Positions 37,901 to 50,930 of a stretch of DNA of 64,000 bases are shown here, piece by piece. The notes below the pieces were generated by a model. The model searched no databases, was not told the DNA's origin, and saw nothing but the letters and a program-made list of their open reading frames with translations. Location of the stretch: assembly GCF_052425735.1 (NCBI RefSeq), contig NW_027557518.1, forward strand, positions 1-64,000. Direction: 5' to 3'. Source of the DNA: Oculina patagonica (lineage: Eukaryota). Made by a program: the position numbers and the translations under genes. The number at the start of each line of letters is the position of its first letter. The first letter of the stretch is position 1.

Positions 37901-40900
37901 GGCTCGTACTCACAAGTTAAACTGCATATCAGCGGCAAGCTCCATCCTTCCGCTCTGAGAATATGTAAAAATATTTGGCCGTTCTCTACTCCTTCGGTTG
38001 TTGACAAGGGGCGAAACAAGTGCTACTCGGCGGATTTCGTCATGTTGCCATCTTAACAATTCGAACCAACTTCAGTACCAAAAAGACGAGAATTTTGTTA
38101 AATCACTAGTACATTTATCTCGCAGTGAACGAAGAAATCACCTTGCAATCCGCTTTTATCTGAACGGAAATTATCACGTCGAGATAGTCCATTTTACAGC
38201 AACTTTTACAGCAACATATCGATCTTCTACTGTCAGCCATCTTGGTTTTAACATCCGCTGACCAGTTTAGTCGGTCAGTATAAAACACGGACTGCGGACT
38301 ACGGACTACGGACTACGGACTGGGTATAAAACACGGACTACGGTATAAAATGCAGACTAAGCATGCAAAATGCTGCCAAACGTGACCTGATGTTAAAAAT
38401 AACTAGAAGCAAGGCTGAATAAACTGAGCATCAAAGTTGTCTCACCTTCTCGCCTAGCTCGATAAAGTTAGCCTTTTTCCTACAGAAAGCCTGCTCGTAG
38501 ATTACAGCAAAGTACTGTCAAAACACATTAAAATCCCTCCAATTGTGAGGAACTTAAAATTTGTGTTTGTTTCATTCGCTTTAGTCTTTGATTCTTGGAT
38601 CGGAGTTGCAGTGGAGACTCGACTCAAAACTTAATATAATGTTGTCGATTTCATTACAGATAACTCGAACCTCCTGCTAAACTCGAACTTTCTCCGATCC
38701 TCCAGGTGTTTTTTCCCTAATAATTTAGTACCCTTGCTAACTCGAACTCCCAATATCTAAAACGTTTTTCGATCTCCTTTGAAGGTTCGAGTTAGTTATC
38801 GTTATTCAACTGCATATCTGGCCATCCTCAAGCGGCAGGCACGTGGGAGTTTGACAAACAACCCTAATTTGCATGACAATGAAAACCGGGTTGCCAGTAG
38901 AATTTTTTAACTTCTTCAGTACTTGAAATTTCGTACCTCTTTTTTGGTATTACAGAAGTCCGAAGGGTGTTGAATAAGCGAATGGCGAAACGTTAAAACA
39001 AACCGTGTGTTAGTGTAGCGAAAACAAGCAAAATTCGGCAAAATTCGTACGTGTCTGCCACGTGAAGCCAGACGATAATCCTCTCAACATTCGAGTTTGG
39101 AACCGGAGTTTTGAATCGCAAAATCGAGCTGCCGTTTTCAGTCTGTGTCCGAGCCAAGTGGCCCATACAGCCGGAGCTTATCCCGGTTTCCGTAGCATTA
39201 AGCGACTAGGAGTGTTGCTACTCCCCCTGGAAGGGATACTAGTCCACCGCAGGGTTACCCCCCAGCAGTAAATTCGCCGGTACCCATTTATACACCTGGG
39301 TGGAGAGAGGCACTGTGAGAGTATTGCATGCAGCCTCTTTTCGATTCTTGTTTCAAGTTTATCCGTGGCTCCACCCGATTTTTTTTTATTTTCCTTGAAA
39401 TTTAAAACTAAACGTTTTGAGCTCATTTGCATAAATTCATAAAAGTTGTTCTGCAATGTTCCCTTTCGTAAGCGGTCAACTAGATTTTTCAGGGGCTGTC
39501 CGTCGCTATTTTGTGCAGGCCTTTATCAAATATTTATTACCCATAAGGCAAATTGAAGAAAAAGTCACGCGATTTCCAGGTTCCCTAAAACTACCATCCC
39601 ACGCAGTCCTTTTTTACTGACAGAAGAAAAAAATGCGGCGGTTTAAGGCTTGAAAAAATTAATTGTAATATCCTAGACATGGGTGGATCTAGTGGCGTTA
39701 GATTGGGTGGCTAGCCACCCCCTTGATCCAAAAATTAACAGAGAAACATGAAAAAAATATAAAGAGAGTGAAACTCGATAAGGTGTTTATAAGGTGAAGG
39801 GATATTTTGCTCAGTATCAGTACAAGTGTCCTAGGTTGAACGCCCGTCTATTGTGAGTTAAAGCAAAGCATTGTCCGTCGGTGGCATCTTCTCAATGAAC
39901 GTTCTTAAGACAGAAAAGTTCAAGCTTAGTTTGGTTAAGGAACAAGGACGAACTCTCTTTGTCATAAACGATAATAACCAGCCGTTCAGTTTTTCGGAAG
40001 TGCTCACAGTCGGCATCAAAGGACTCAATCGCATGGGAGGCTAAAGAGGGAAGTGTTTCTGTTTCCTCTTTAAATGCCTGTCAAGTCTGCCCTTTCCCCT
40101 AAATCTGGATGTGATGTTACAACCAGACAAAGCGTGGAGCTAGGCAGAGAGCTTTCTAGGTACAGATGGAGAAATCGTAACTGGTTGTGTACTTATACCT
40201 GGTTGGTTCTCAGTTGGAAACTGGAGGAGACTAATGCCGGTAACAAGAAAAGAGCCGCATTTTGAAGGCTATCTAAGGCACCAACAGTGAACAGACCTTT
40301 CGCAGGCAAGGGATACAACTCCATCCTCGTCAAAGTGCTCGCACTCTTCAAGCTGTGTGACCCTGACATAGGAAATAGAAATTTCCAGCTGGTGTAAATG
40401 CTGGATGATCCGCTTGCATCTCGTCAATCTATGCATGTTCAGGTCAATGTAGACAGGCAGAGGCGGTTCACACTCCCTAAAGTGCCTTGTTTCTGTATCG
40501 GATTCCTTTGATTTTTTTCTATGTGTTGTAGACAATAGGCTGATCAACGGTAAGGCATGCTTTGGACTCGTGCTTATCTTTCTTTTTCAAACCGTCTCCA
40601 TTGAAAATTAAGAACATTAAGGTTTTGAGGCTAGATGGTAACGACGCTTCTTGACTATTCTCTGGAAACGATCCATAAATTTATATGCCTCGTTGCTGAA
40701 AATGTATTTTCTTATTATTGAAGCTGCCGTAGCTTGACCAAAACCTTATGCGACCTCTGTGTAATCTCGTTTCTTCAAGGCTTCTTTAAGCATGTTCCGC
40801 TTCCCTGGGCGGCCACAAACTACAAGCGCATAATTACCATAATAAACATTTTAGATTACTGCATCTAAAAATTGAAATTTTAGCGAAACCTTCAACAATG

Positions 40901-43900
40901 TCTTCAATTTATATATATTTTTACAACATTTAAGCATAGAACTGCAAATTACTTACGGAGTAGAGGAATATTTGCTTCTGTCCAACTGTCATTGCATCAA
41001 TTCAAAATGGCGTGGTAGCGGTGCTTGAGAGTTTGTTCGTGGTAAAAAACGTTTAGCAAATTTTGCAAATTTCAGGAAAAAATTCAGGTGGAGCCACGGA
41101 TAAAATTATTTAATAGTCATTAAAGAATCATTCTGCAAAGTTTGGTGCTTTTATCAACCATGTAACGATTTCTCCAAACATTTGCGCTAAGCGACCTGAC
41201 TATACGTTTTCGACAGTAAAAGGTAGCTTTTCACGTTGGTGATTTCCCTCAAGGTTTCTTCTCTTTTATTTTTTATTTTTTAGTTATCTCACGTATTGAC
41301 GCTATAGATATCCGAAGTAGTTATTTGTCTAGACGCAGAGAAAAAATTCAAGTTGAAAGAGTGCAGATTGAGCATTGCGTCTTCTTTTGAAAACCAAGCA
41401 CTTGTATATGTCGCAAATCCAATATGGCGGCGGAAAGCTCGCAAGTAAATTCTCGGAATCTCACCGTATATTTCTCAGAAAACATCCAGTGGAACGGACG
41501 AATGTTTTGAAGGCGAACCAGTCAAATTTCAAGAACAATGAGAGCGTTAATTAAGGTAAGCCTCTTCTTTCACAGATACCGAGCAGAGCATTTTTGAGAG
41601 AATGCAGTGCCGTAGCAAGGGTAAAATAACTGGGGGGCACGCAATCTAGAGGCTTGGAAATGCTATTTCCAGCGTTCTCCAAGAGCTATTTGTGATTTAC
41701 GCAAATCGCGAATTATTTTCTTCCTACACTGTCTCAGCAAACCAATGCACATTGAAGAGAGTATAACACTTGCAACGTCAATTACAAAATAGAAAACCGA
41801 CTGTCTCTGTATCTTGAAACCAGCAAATGTTTCACTTTTCAGAGTCATCATAGTGAGTTCGTAGTTATCAAACTGTCTGAGTTGCCTTAGAGACAAACGT
41901 AGACTTCATCGGCAGGTCGTTTTTTGAAAACTTCCCAAAGTTTAGTTCGTTTAGTTTATTTTTTAGCTGTTTAATATTGTTGTGCCTCACCCTACGTACG
42001 TTAAAAAATGAAAAGAAGTACAAATGTTATTGTTTCAAACCTTTTGGGAGATAAAATTTTATTTTCAACATTTCATACGGGTCTGTTTTTACTTTTTGGG
42101 AAAAAAACTGGGGGGGGGCACGACCCCCCCCCGGCCCCTCCCCTTGCTACGGCACTGGAATTGTATTTATCGTGAAAGAAAAAATAAATTTTGATTTCGC
42201 TGTGAATCTTGACGAGCAGTTTGTGTGCTTTTCTTCGTGCCGCCTTCAACAACCGTCGATAAAAAAAGTCGTTGTTTCTAGCCGTGGTTTGCATTTAAAC
42301 GTATTTTATATGCTCAGTCCGCATTTTATACCGTAGTCCGTATTCTATACCCAGTCCGCAGTTTGAGTCCGCATTTGTGTTTATACCCAGCCCGTAGTCC
42401 GCAGTCCGCAGTCCGCAGTCCGCAGTCCGTGGCAAAGTCCATGGTGTTTTATACTGACCGACTAAACTGGTCAGCGGATGTTAAAACCAAGATGGCTGAC
42501 AGTAGAAGATCGATATGTTGCTGTAAAAGTTGCTGTAAAATGGACTATCTCGACGTGATAATTTCCGTTCAGATAAAAGCGGATTGCAAGGTGATTTCTT
42601 CCTTCGCTGCGAGATAAATGTACTAGTGATCGAACAAAATTCTCGTCTTTTTGGTACTGAAGTTGGTTCGAATTGTTATGATGACAACATGGCGAAATCC
42701 GCCGAGTAGCACTTGTTTCGCCCATTGTCAACAACCGAAGGAGTAGAGAACGGCCAAATATTTTTACATATTCTCAGAGCGGAAGGATGGAGCTTGCCGC
42801 TGATATGCAGTTTAACTTGTGAGTACGAGCCACTTTTGATATTTTACTACATCAAGTTAACGAAAATTTGAGCTGGCCTTTAACATCCAAAATAGCCAAA
42901 CTTTAGATCCTCGTCTCTTTCTTGATAAGCAAAGTTTTTCAATGCGGTTCATCCAGTTTAAAAGGCCAAGGCTTGTTGTTTACAAATATCGGTATTTAAG
43001 CGATGTAGCTGCAATATTTGTATTAGAGCGAATGGTTGGACTTTACCAAATTTCACAATCCGGCCAATGGCCATCGAGGCCACCAGAAGGTGTAAAAGGT
43101 TTTCCTCCAGATTTCATAAAGAAAGCAATTTTTCTCCAGTCTAATTCCATATTTGTTACTTACTTATAATAAGAAATTACTGGAGGGATTTTGAGCGAAT
43201 TCTATTTACTGAGCCAAATTAAGTTTGTGGATCTAAAGGAGACATTCTCTTAATTTCTCATACACTTGTCTATAATTTTTCCCGCGAACAGCGTCAATCA
43301 TGCGGAAAAAAATATAGGCAAATAATATATGACCGACACCTTCGGGACCGTGATTTAGTGTCCGTAATACAGAATGTCCGCAATAGCTGGAGTTATTTTC
43401 AGTAATTTTTATTTGCCGGGACTTCAACTCCGTCCGTAATAACGGGGTGTCCGTAATAGCGAGGTGTCCGCAAGGCGGGAGTTGACTGTACTAATTAATT
43501 ACTAGTACACATTGCCTTCATATGCTTTGCTCCGAAAGGTTGTCTTTTTTAATAGGCCTTAACATACAGAGGACACGCAACCTGCTTGCCCCATGCTTCG
43601 CGCTCGCCTTTGAGAGGAAGGGAATGCCTAGGAAGTCTAGGGCGTGTTACCTACGTTCAGGAGGCCAACATACCCTCAATGTACATCCTTCCCTTTTCAC
43701 CGATTTAACGTCGCTTATCATGGTGGCACCCATTTCGAGTCCAAGAATTGTATGAAGACGAGTTAGCCCTTTAACCGAACGATCATATTTGCCCATATGA
43801 GTCGAAAGCGCCGCCGCCGAGGTAGCCATAGCATCTGATAACTTTATATCCTCGGGCTCCAGTTTGCCTTTGAACTGTTCCTTGTCTGGGTCACGATCAA

Positions 43901-45647
43901 TACGCTCTATTTCTGTGGGCGACATTGTCAAAAGTTCATAACTGTTCTGGGACGCCTCGCTTTTCTTCCAACGGTTAACCACAATGTTGGCCAAGTATTC
44001 AGGCTTCATGTTTTTTAGATCTGCTAGTGTCAGTGGTCTCGCCTCCTCTTCACCCGCTTTATTAGCCAGCGTCAGACATGTCCAGAGAGTGCACACATCG
44101 TGCAGCTCAATCCCGGAACATCCAGATAGTCCCAGGCCCTTGCGGTGATAAAACGCTCTCTGAAGCCTCCATCTGGAAAAGAACAGTCAATGTTTTACGT
44201 TCCATGTAAGGTATCTCCTACATAGTCGCTTTTCGAGCTCTATTTGCACTGATCGTAAAGAAAACATGTTTTCATTTTTGCAGATGATTGGCTGAAAGAG
44301 ACAATACCCTTTCCATAAATGTAGCCTACGAGCAAGCTCATGTTTAAGTATGCACGCGCGAGTAGCGAAGCCGTATGAACGAGTCCTCTGCCCAAGAGTT
44401 CTCCTTGCTGGCCTTCTTCGCTGGCCGACTCGTCTACTCAGCCTTTATTCCCACATTTTTCTGCTCGCAAGCAACAATGATTGGTTATATATATCCAGTC
44501 CCAGACTTTAAAGACAAAACTGGCAAATCCACTGTGTGTGCTATAATAAATCGAAAGGATGAATAGGACTGCACAGTTCTACACGCGTTCTGTCTCTTAT
44601 CTAATGGTCTTTTTGACAAACGGTCTTTGACTGATCAATATACAAAACCTTTATTTACCTGTTATAAATGTGCACAAGTCTCTCATTCATTGCAGCCACT
44701 ATAGGGACAATCCACAAGACAAAGCCGGAGGCGAAGAGAAACCAATTAAATAGCTTGTCGGAAAATGTGATGCCATTTCTAAGTTCTTGGCCCTCGTACA
44801 CCTTCAATTGCGTCACATAAGAATAAAAGAAAATAATCAGGACATAGGATATTTTGCTTCGTAGCAGGGGAAGAACCAACCACACTATTACGCCAACAGG
44901 CACAACCAGGATCTCTGCCCACAAAGGGATTTTATAGAAGGAATCATGAATGCCAAACGGGATGACAGTGAGCGCCAGCAACGCACCAAACGTGTATTGG
45001 GTGAGACGAACGAAAAGCCTCTGAGGTGGAGAAAGACGTGTTAATCGAACAAGGACATAAAATGTGATAAACATGAGGAACAGAACAGCGAATAGTATAA
45101 AAGTGTAGATCCTATCAGTTCCCTGTCGAGCGAGGCAATGCGTTAGGATGGCCTGGACCTCAGACAACTCAGCATCAGTCATGTAACTAGATACTACCGC
45201 TGATGCTTCCGCCTCAGCATCGCAGTCCACTTTGTCACGTAGGTACTTTCCAAAAAGGAGGTCGATCATGAAGGCTACTGGGCATGCGTACGATCCCCAT
45301 ATGATCAATGGTTGCACGAAGGTGACCGTAATAATAAGGCAAGACAAAATAATTGTGTCGAAGATTCCTTGGAATGGCTTCTTCCAGTTGCAGACGTATC
45401 CTGTCCTATCTCTCATGTGGTCAAAGAACTCCTTGTGCCAATCTTTGCGGGCTTCCCCGTCGCTTCCTTGCTGTTTTTCCTCTCTGTATTTCCAGTCCAG
45501 GTAGGCTGTACCTGTATAACCACCCCCGGATACACAGCTCAAGTAATCTACCTCTACCTCACTCTCTAACAGTCTGCGCAAGACTCCAGAGCAGAATGCC
45601 GCTGACCGAATACCACCGCCAGAAAACGCCAAGCCAGTACTAGACAT
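34963..45647 (-). CDS. Lipase A: multi-pass membrane patatin/cPLA2-like phospholipase, 810 aa; complement(join(34963..35371,35707..36051,37016..37206,43674..44172,44659..45647))
   Basis: All introns are GT-AG with consistent phases (2,0,2,2), giving a 2433-nt open frame. Motifs: SGGGIRS oxyanion, YLSCVSGGG (Ser40), LSDAMATSAAA, LSDGGHIENL (Asp593) and FPQHSTANQFF. Exon 1-4 lengths equal those of lipase B. Confidence 0.9.
36186..36445 (-). mobile_element. tRNA-derived repeat in lipase A intron 3; tRNA-like head 36235-36312
   Basis: Homologous to 13880-14110. Flanked by a 14-bp direct repeat CAAGGGAGGTAATA (36172-36185 and 36446-36459), a possible TSD; a third copy at ~36537 weakens that reading. 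Confidence 0.75.
39147..39322 (-). mobile_element. SINE, 3' portion (same family as 28951)
   Basis: Contains the reverse complement of CTCTCCACCCAGGTGTATAAATGGGTACCGGCGAATTTACT. Confidence 0.8.
39850..40800 (-). pseudogene. Degenerate fragment of a transposon-associated protein gene
   Basis: Frameshifted pieces read RHFRECEPPLPVYIDLNMH...LEISISYVRV, KGLFTVGALDSL and SFLVTGISLLQFPT. I recall these motifs from a widespread invertebrate mobile-element protein family. Diverged ~100-bp inverted repeats (39322-39420 / 41045-41140) bracket it. Boundaries are approximate. Confidence 0.55.
41605..42157. mobile_element. MITE with 17-bp TIR CAGTGCCGTAGCAAGGG (hAT-like ends)
   Basis: Perfect 17-bp inverted ends; no clear TSD. 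Confidence 0.7.
43335..43490. mobile_element. Truncated Tc1/mariner-type MITE end
   Basis: TGTCCGTAAT motif repeats ending in GAGTTGACTG+TA, similar to the end of the 19611 element. Confidence 0.55.
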
Positions 45648-46530
45648 GGTCACTACAAATACGGAAAATGTATACTGCATTTAATTAAGGAGATTTATTT
45701 TATAATAAAAGAATACAAATGCCATACGAAGCCTCTAAATGAAGCCCTCTCAAGATCTCCTACGAAGTTTCATGACCTCAGAACAAATAACTGACATTTC
45801 ACGATATATCAAGATCCAAAAAAGAAAATTTTTTGATCTTGAACCAAATTAGCCCCAGGAAATTACACAAAAAGCAGCTAAAATTGTCGAGGATAGCTCT
45901 GATTGTACCAACAAACGGCGAGCAACAGTCCGTATGCACGCCTGTCAAACAGTGTTTGATAGTCTCATAAACAAAACGATAGGGAGTTTGCGCAATATTT
46001 TCCTTTAACAGGAAGAAATTCTTGGCAAGGAATGTTCTTCCTGCTTTTCAGCAGCAGCAAAACTAATAACGCTTGCCACCTGCACTGTAAACAATATGAC
46101 GAAATCTGTCTCTTACCAACACATCAGGAGTCATTTGAATAACAAATCAGCTGGGAAGCCGTAAACTTGTGCTCAATTTTTACACCAAATTAACTGGTTT
46201 CACCTGGTCTAGGAAGAAAATACATTAATGGCTTTGTATATAATTTTTGGGTGTACTTTGTTTTGGTTTAGTTTCTGTGTTCCTGTAATTTGCGACATAC
46301 ATCTACAAAAGTGTAAAACCTTTCAAATTCCCACTTATTCTATTCATAAACTATCGAACTCTCTTTTGCCCATCGAACTGATCAGCATGAACTAAGTAAA
46401 TGGTCATTCGTCCGATACAAAACAAGCATAAGGTGGCTTCGCACATCAAATGTAATATTCCAATCCCACGGAAAACTGTTTCAGTACCTAAGGCTTTTGA
46501 AAGAAGCAAGTCAAATGAAAATCTACTTAC

Positions 46531-47779
46531 CCATTCACACTGGAGGTTGGAAGCGGTTTACCGGTGATCTTATACGTGCAGCCTTTTCGCGCATACCTAG
46601 TTTCGAACTGAGGCAAGCTAGCGTGTCATATTTCAACTTTTGACGTATGAATTTTTTATCTCCGACTTTCGCAAATACTGCTTCGTTATCTTTAGCACGT
46701 ACTTGATGGTATGTTCTGTGTTCCTTCTCCAGCTGTTAATTTATAGATTCTTCTCTTCTTCTCTTATCTTGAGGTATCCACATGAGAAAATTAAATTGTT
46801 GCACAATGCTATAAAGCAGCCTTGAAAATACTGTAAAATTCCAAAAATACGCCCTGGGCTTATAGTTGTTCAACGCGCCTATCAGATGGGCTTATTTTTG
46901 GGGAGGGTTTGTATACGGTGGGCTTATTTTCGGATGGAAATTTGCATTTCAAAAACCCTTGAGTTTCTACTAGTCTTACAGGATGCTGTGTTTAAGCATG
47001 TTTTGATGCATAACAAGAATACTGCATGGTGAAACACTTTAAACACAGCGATAAGAAACCCAAAACAAGACATACAAATAAAAACGTAACAGGTCTCTAT
47101 ATTCCATAACGACGTAAATTTGGGGTGACTGACGTCGACCAAATGACCTTTCCATTCCCCATTACAGCTGAGTGGAATCACCCAATCAGAATTAATGCTT
47201 TATTGTCGGTCCAATATTTTCACAGTAAGGTTTTAGAACACGGCTGTAAAAGAAATGATTCATTGCTTATTCTCTTTTCCTCGATGGTTCTGGGACGGAT
47301 GTAATAGGGGACGGCGGGTTGGTCGCGATGTTCTTTTGAGAAACGCATTTAAACTGAAGAAATCTTACTATATCAACGAAAACATAAATTGATAAATTGA
47401 CAATTTTTTCTAAGAGAACTCATTATCTGCTTAACACTACTTTAATACTTCTGTATTCTAAGCAGGCTGCTGTTTGGCTGCAGCCTAACCCCTTTATCCC
47501 TACTTTTGTCAAGGAGGGGCCAAATTTCGATGCTCCACTTGATCTATGCAAACGGCTTGCGATAAACTCTTAAACAACTGAGGTTCAATTTTTTCTCTAT
47601 CAAAAGGTGCGAGTATTGCAACTGTATTTTGGAAGCTATTTAAATTCGGAGATAAGAAATTTACACGTCAAAAGGTGAAATATGAGACTCAAGCTTGCCT
47701 CGATTTGAACGCAGGTTTCTTTCAAAAGACAACACTCATAACACATTGGAAAACCGCTTGTTACCTCCAGTGTAGTTAG
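46531..47779. promoter_or_regulatory. Divergent promoter region and putative non-coding first exons of lipases A and B
   Basis: Inverted homology between 46520-46670 and 47640-47800. It includes conserved GTAAGT donors (46530 on minus, 47780 on plus) and conserved ACGTCA and AGATAA motifs. Acceptors lie 5 nt before each ATG. Confidence 0.6.
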
Positions 47780-49056
47780 GTAAGTCTTTGATAGATTTTC
47801 TATTTAAATGCCTCTTCTTTGAGGAAAACGTAATGTATTTTAACAGTTTACCTGAGATACAATATTATTTTTTCATGTGTGGGGCCACCTTATCCTCGTT
47901 TGTATATGAAAGTGTTAAAGTGTTGTTAAAGGCGGTTACGCACTAAGCTTCGAGATATAGCTATTTTTTAAGCATGCCACTGAAACAGAGAAAGCAAATA
48001 TTTTAAATGAACTGAACATGTTTGATATGACGATAGGCTTGAACCATTTACTCAGTTTCATGTCGATAGGAAAAAAGACCGGAGCAATAACCTATGAATA
48101 GAATTTGTGGGAATTTTAAATGTTAAATATACATTAAATGGATCTTAAAATGAGCAGTTATAAAATTACTCAATGAACTTGCCCATTACCTCGATAAGCT
48201 TAGATATTTGTTTCGCAAATTATAAGAAGAACGATGGTCAATCTTGGCTAACTGAATTTGTTTGAAGTTTGCTAAACTAAAACAAACGCCCAAAACTACA
48301 AACACACAGAAAAAAAAATTGATATCGTCTTTAAAGACCAGGCAAAGCCATTTAATTTGGTTTAAAAATTGAGCACAAGGTGAAAACTTCCCAGTTGTTT
48401 ATATAAATTATTAAAGCACTTATGTGTTGGTGACCGACCGCAGACTTCGAAATATTGTTTATATAGAGCAGGTGGCGGCAAACGTCATTGGTTTAGGAAG
48501 AACATTCCTTGCTAAGAAATTTGCTCCCTTGCAAACTGCACTCGATCTTGCGCAAGCTCCGCGTCGTTCTAATGTAGCCGAACAGTTGAACGAAATGGCA
48601 AAACGCACACATATGGACGGAGAGCTTGCCCTGTAGAATCAACATCGATCAGAACTCTCCTTAACAATTTTTTACTCTCCTTAACTATTTAGAACAACAA
48701 CAACAGCCATTACAATTGGTCATTTTATGTTGCCAGGAAAAGAAAATAGAAATAATTACAGCATAAATTAAAATAACATGTATATAAGAAAACTAAACTA
48801 CTCAGAATAGTAATAACTAAACCAGTCGAGTAGTAACAAAGTTAAAGCGCTCAGACTAGGTTGTACATGTAATTACTAAGATACTGAGGGAGATAGAAAA
48901 CAGACTTTAAGATACAACAAGGAAATGAAAATAGAAATTGAAAAGTTAATGTCCACCACTATTCACCTCCACTTCGGTGAATAATTGTTAAATATTTCTT
49001 GCTATATAATAAATCTCCTTATTTCAGTATTCATTTTCATTAATTTTATAGTGACA

Positions 49057-50881
49057 ATGACCCGCACTGGCTTGGCCTTTTCTGGCGGTGGTATTCGGTC
49101 AGCGGCATTCTGCTCTGGAGTCTTGCGTAGACTGCTAGAAAGTGAAGTAGAGGTGGATTACTTGAGCTGTGTGTCAGGGGGTGGTTACACAGGCACAGCC
49201 TACCTGGACTGGAAATACAGAGAGGAAAGACGGAAAGGTGGCGATGGGGAAGCCCGAAGAGATTGGCACAAGGAGTTCTTTGACCACATGAGAGATAGGA
49301 CAGGATACGTCTGCAACTGGAAGAAGCCATTCCAAGGAATCTTCGACACAGTAATTTTGTCTTGCCTTGTTATTGCGGTCGCCTTCGTGCAACCATTGAT
49401 CATATGGGGATCGTATGCATGCCCAATAGCCTTCATGATCGACCTACTATTCGGAAAGTACCTACGTGACAAAGTGAACTGCGATGCTGAGACTAATGCG
49501 TCAGCGGCAGCATCCGCTAACATGACTGATGCTGCGTTGTCTGATATCCAGGCCATCCGAAGACATTGCCTCGCTCGACAGGGAACTGACAAGATTTACA
49601 CCGTCATACTATTCGCTGTTCTGTTCCTCTTATTTATCTCATTTAATTTTCTTAATCGATTAAACCGGCTTTCTCCACTTCAGAGTTTTTTCGTCCGCCT
49701 TAGTCAGTACACGTTTGGTGCGTTTCTGCTTCTCACTTCCATTCCGTTTAGCATTCATGACTTCTACAATAATATCCCGCTCTGGGCAAAGATCCTGCTC
49801 GTGCCTTTGTGCATAATAGTGTGGTTGGTTCTTCCCCTGCTACGAAGCAAAACATCCTATGTTATGATTATTTTCTTTTACTCTTATGTTACTCACTGGA
49901 AGGTGTACGAGGGAAAAGAAATTGCAATTGGTATCATGTTTTCTTACAAGCTATTTCATCGGTTGCTTTTCGCATCCGGCTTTGTCTTGTGGATTGTCCC
50001 TATAGTGGCTGCATTGCATGAGAGACTTGTTCACATCTATAACAGGTTAGTAAAGGTTTCCTATACTGATGGGCCAAATACAGTTTCTTCAAAAGACCAT
50101 TATATAAGAGAAAGAACGCAGAAAGAACGCCAAACAGCTGTGTAGCCCTTTTCGATATGTTTTTAGCACACACTGTAGCTATGTTTTTAGCACACACTGT
50201 AGCTATGTCAGTTTTCCTTCTAGGTTTAGAATTGTATATACAAGTATAAAATCATGGCAGACTACAAGTAGGCCAAAGCCTTGAAATACACGAGGTGTAA
50301 ACGAGGCGGCGAGCGACGTGGGTGGGCGATGAGAAGTCTGGGGCGGACGACTTCTTCTTGCGGCTTCGCCACTCGCGCGCGTATTCCCTTAACGTGAGCG
50401 TGCTCGCAGGCTACAATCATGACAAATTTACTGTCTCTTTCAGTCAAACATCTGTTGTTAGAACAACAAATGTTTCAACCTGTTGTACGGAATAGAGCCT
50501 TGGACTTTCAACATGTTGAATGGCATATTTCAACATTCAACATCACACCATACACTAATCAACCTTTGTTAAACAGCAGTAGCAACATTTGCAGTTGTTG
50601 CACAACAAATGTTGAACCCTGCATCATTGGCTTAAATAGATTAAATAAATCTTTTTTCCAATAATTTTACTCTCGGCTTAAGACATTGTAACTAGCTATT
50701 TTTAATTTTTTTTAATTATTTTTATTATCTTTTTTCTTACACTAGTTCCCATTGTTTTTATAATGTAATTTAATTATTGTCATGCGCTTTTTACATGAGC
50801 CTCTGTCTCGGATAGAGAGGGCAACCTCATCCCGCGCCATGACATTAATTGATTGATTGATTTATTGACTGATTGATTGAC

Positions 50882-50930
<49 letters not shown>

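Larger units (their letters stand above)
37479..43253. mobile_element. Large foldback/TIR element with ~810-bp inverted arms (37479-38288 and 42444-43253), in lipase A intron 2
   Basis: Mirror ORF coordinates sum to 80732 (37563+43169; 37998+42734). Both outer ends are TTAA. The inner ends continue into CGGACT(A/G) 7-mer arrays. Confidence 0.88.

Noticed and set aside
37563-38261. Paired ORFs MRFIQFKRP... and MLTRGETSA... as genes (mirrored at 42471-43169)
   Set aside because: They are short, lack motifs, and are explained by the inverted arms.
48985-50145. Single-exon 386-aa and 341-aa (44655-45680) ORFs as complete proteins or bacterial contamination
   Set aside because: They lack the catalytic Asp. 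Conserved GT-AG sites with matching phases join them to four further exons, and they sit among eukaryotic repeats.
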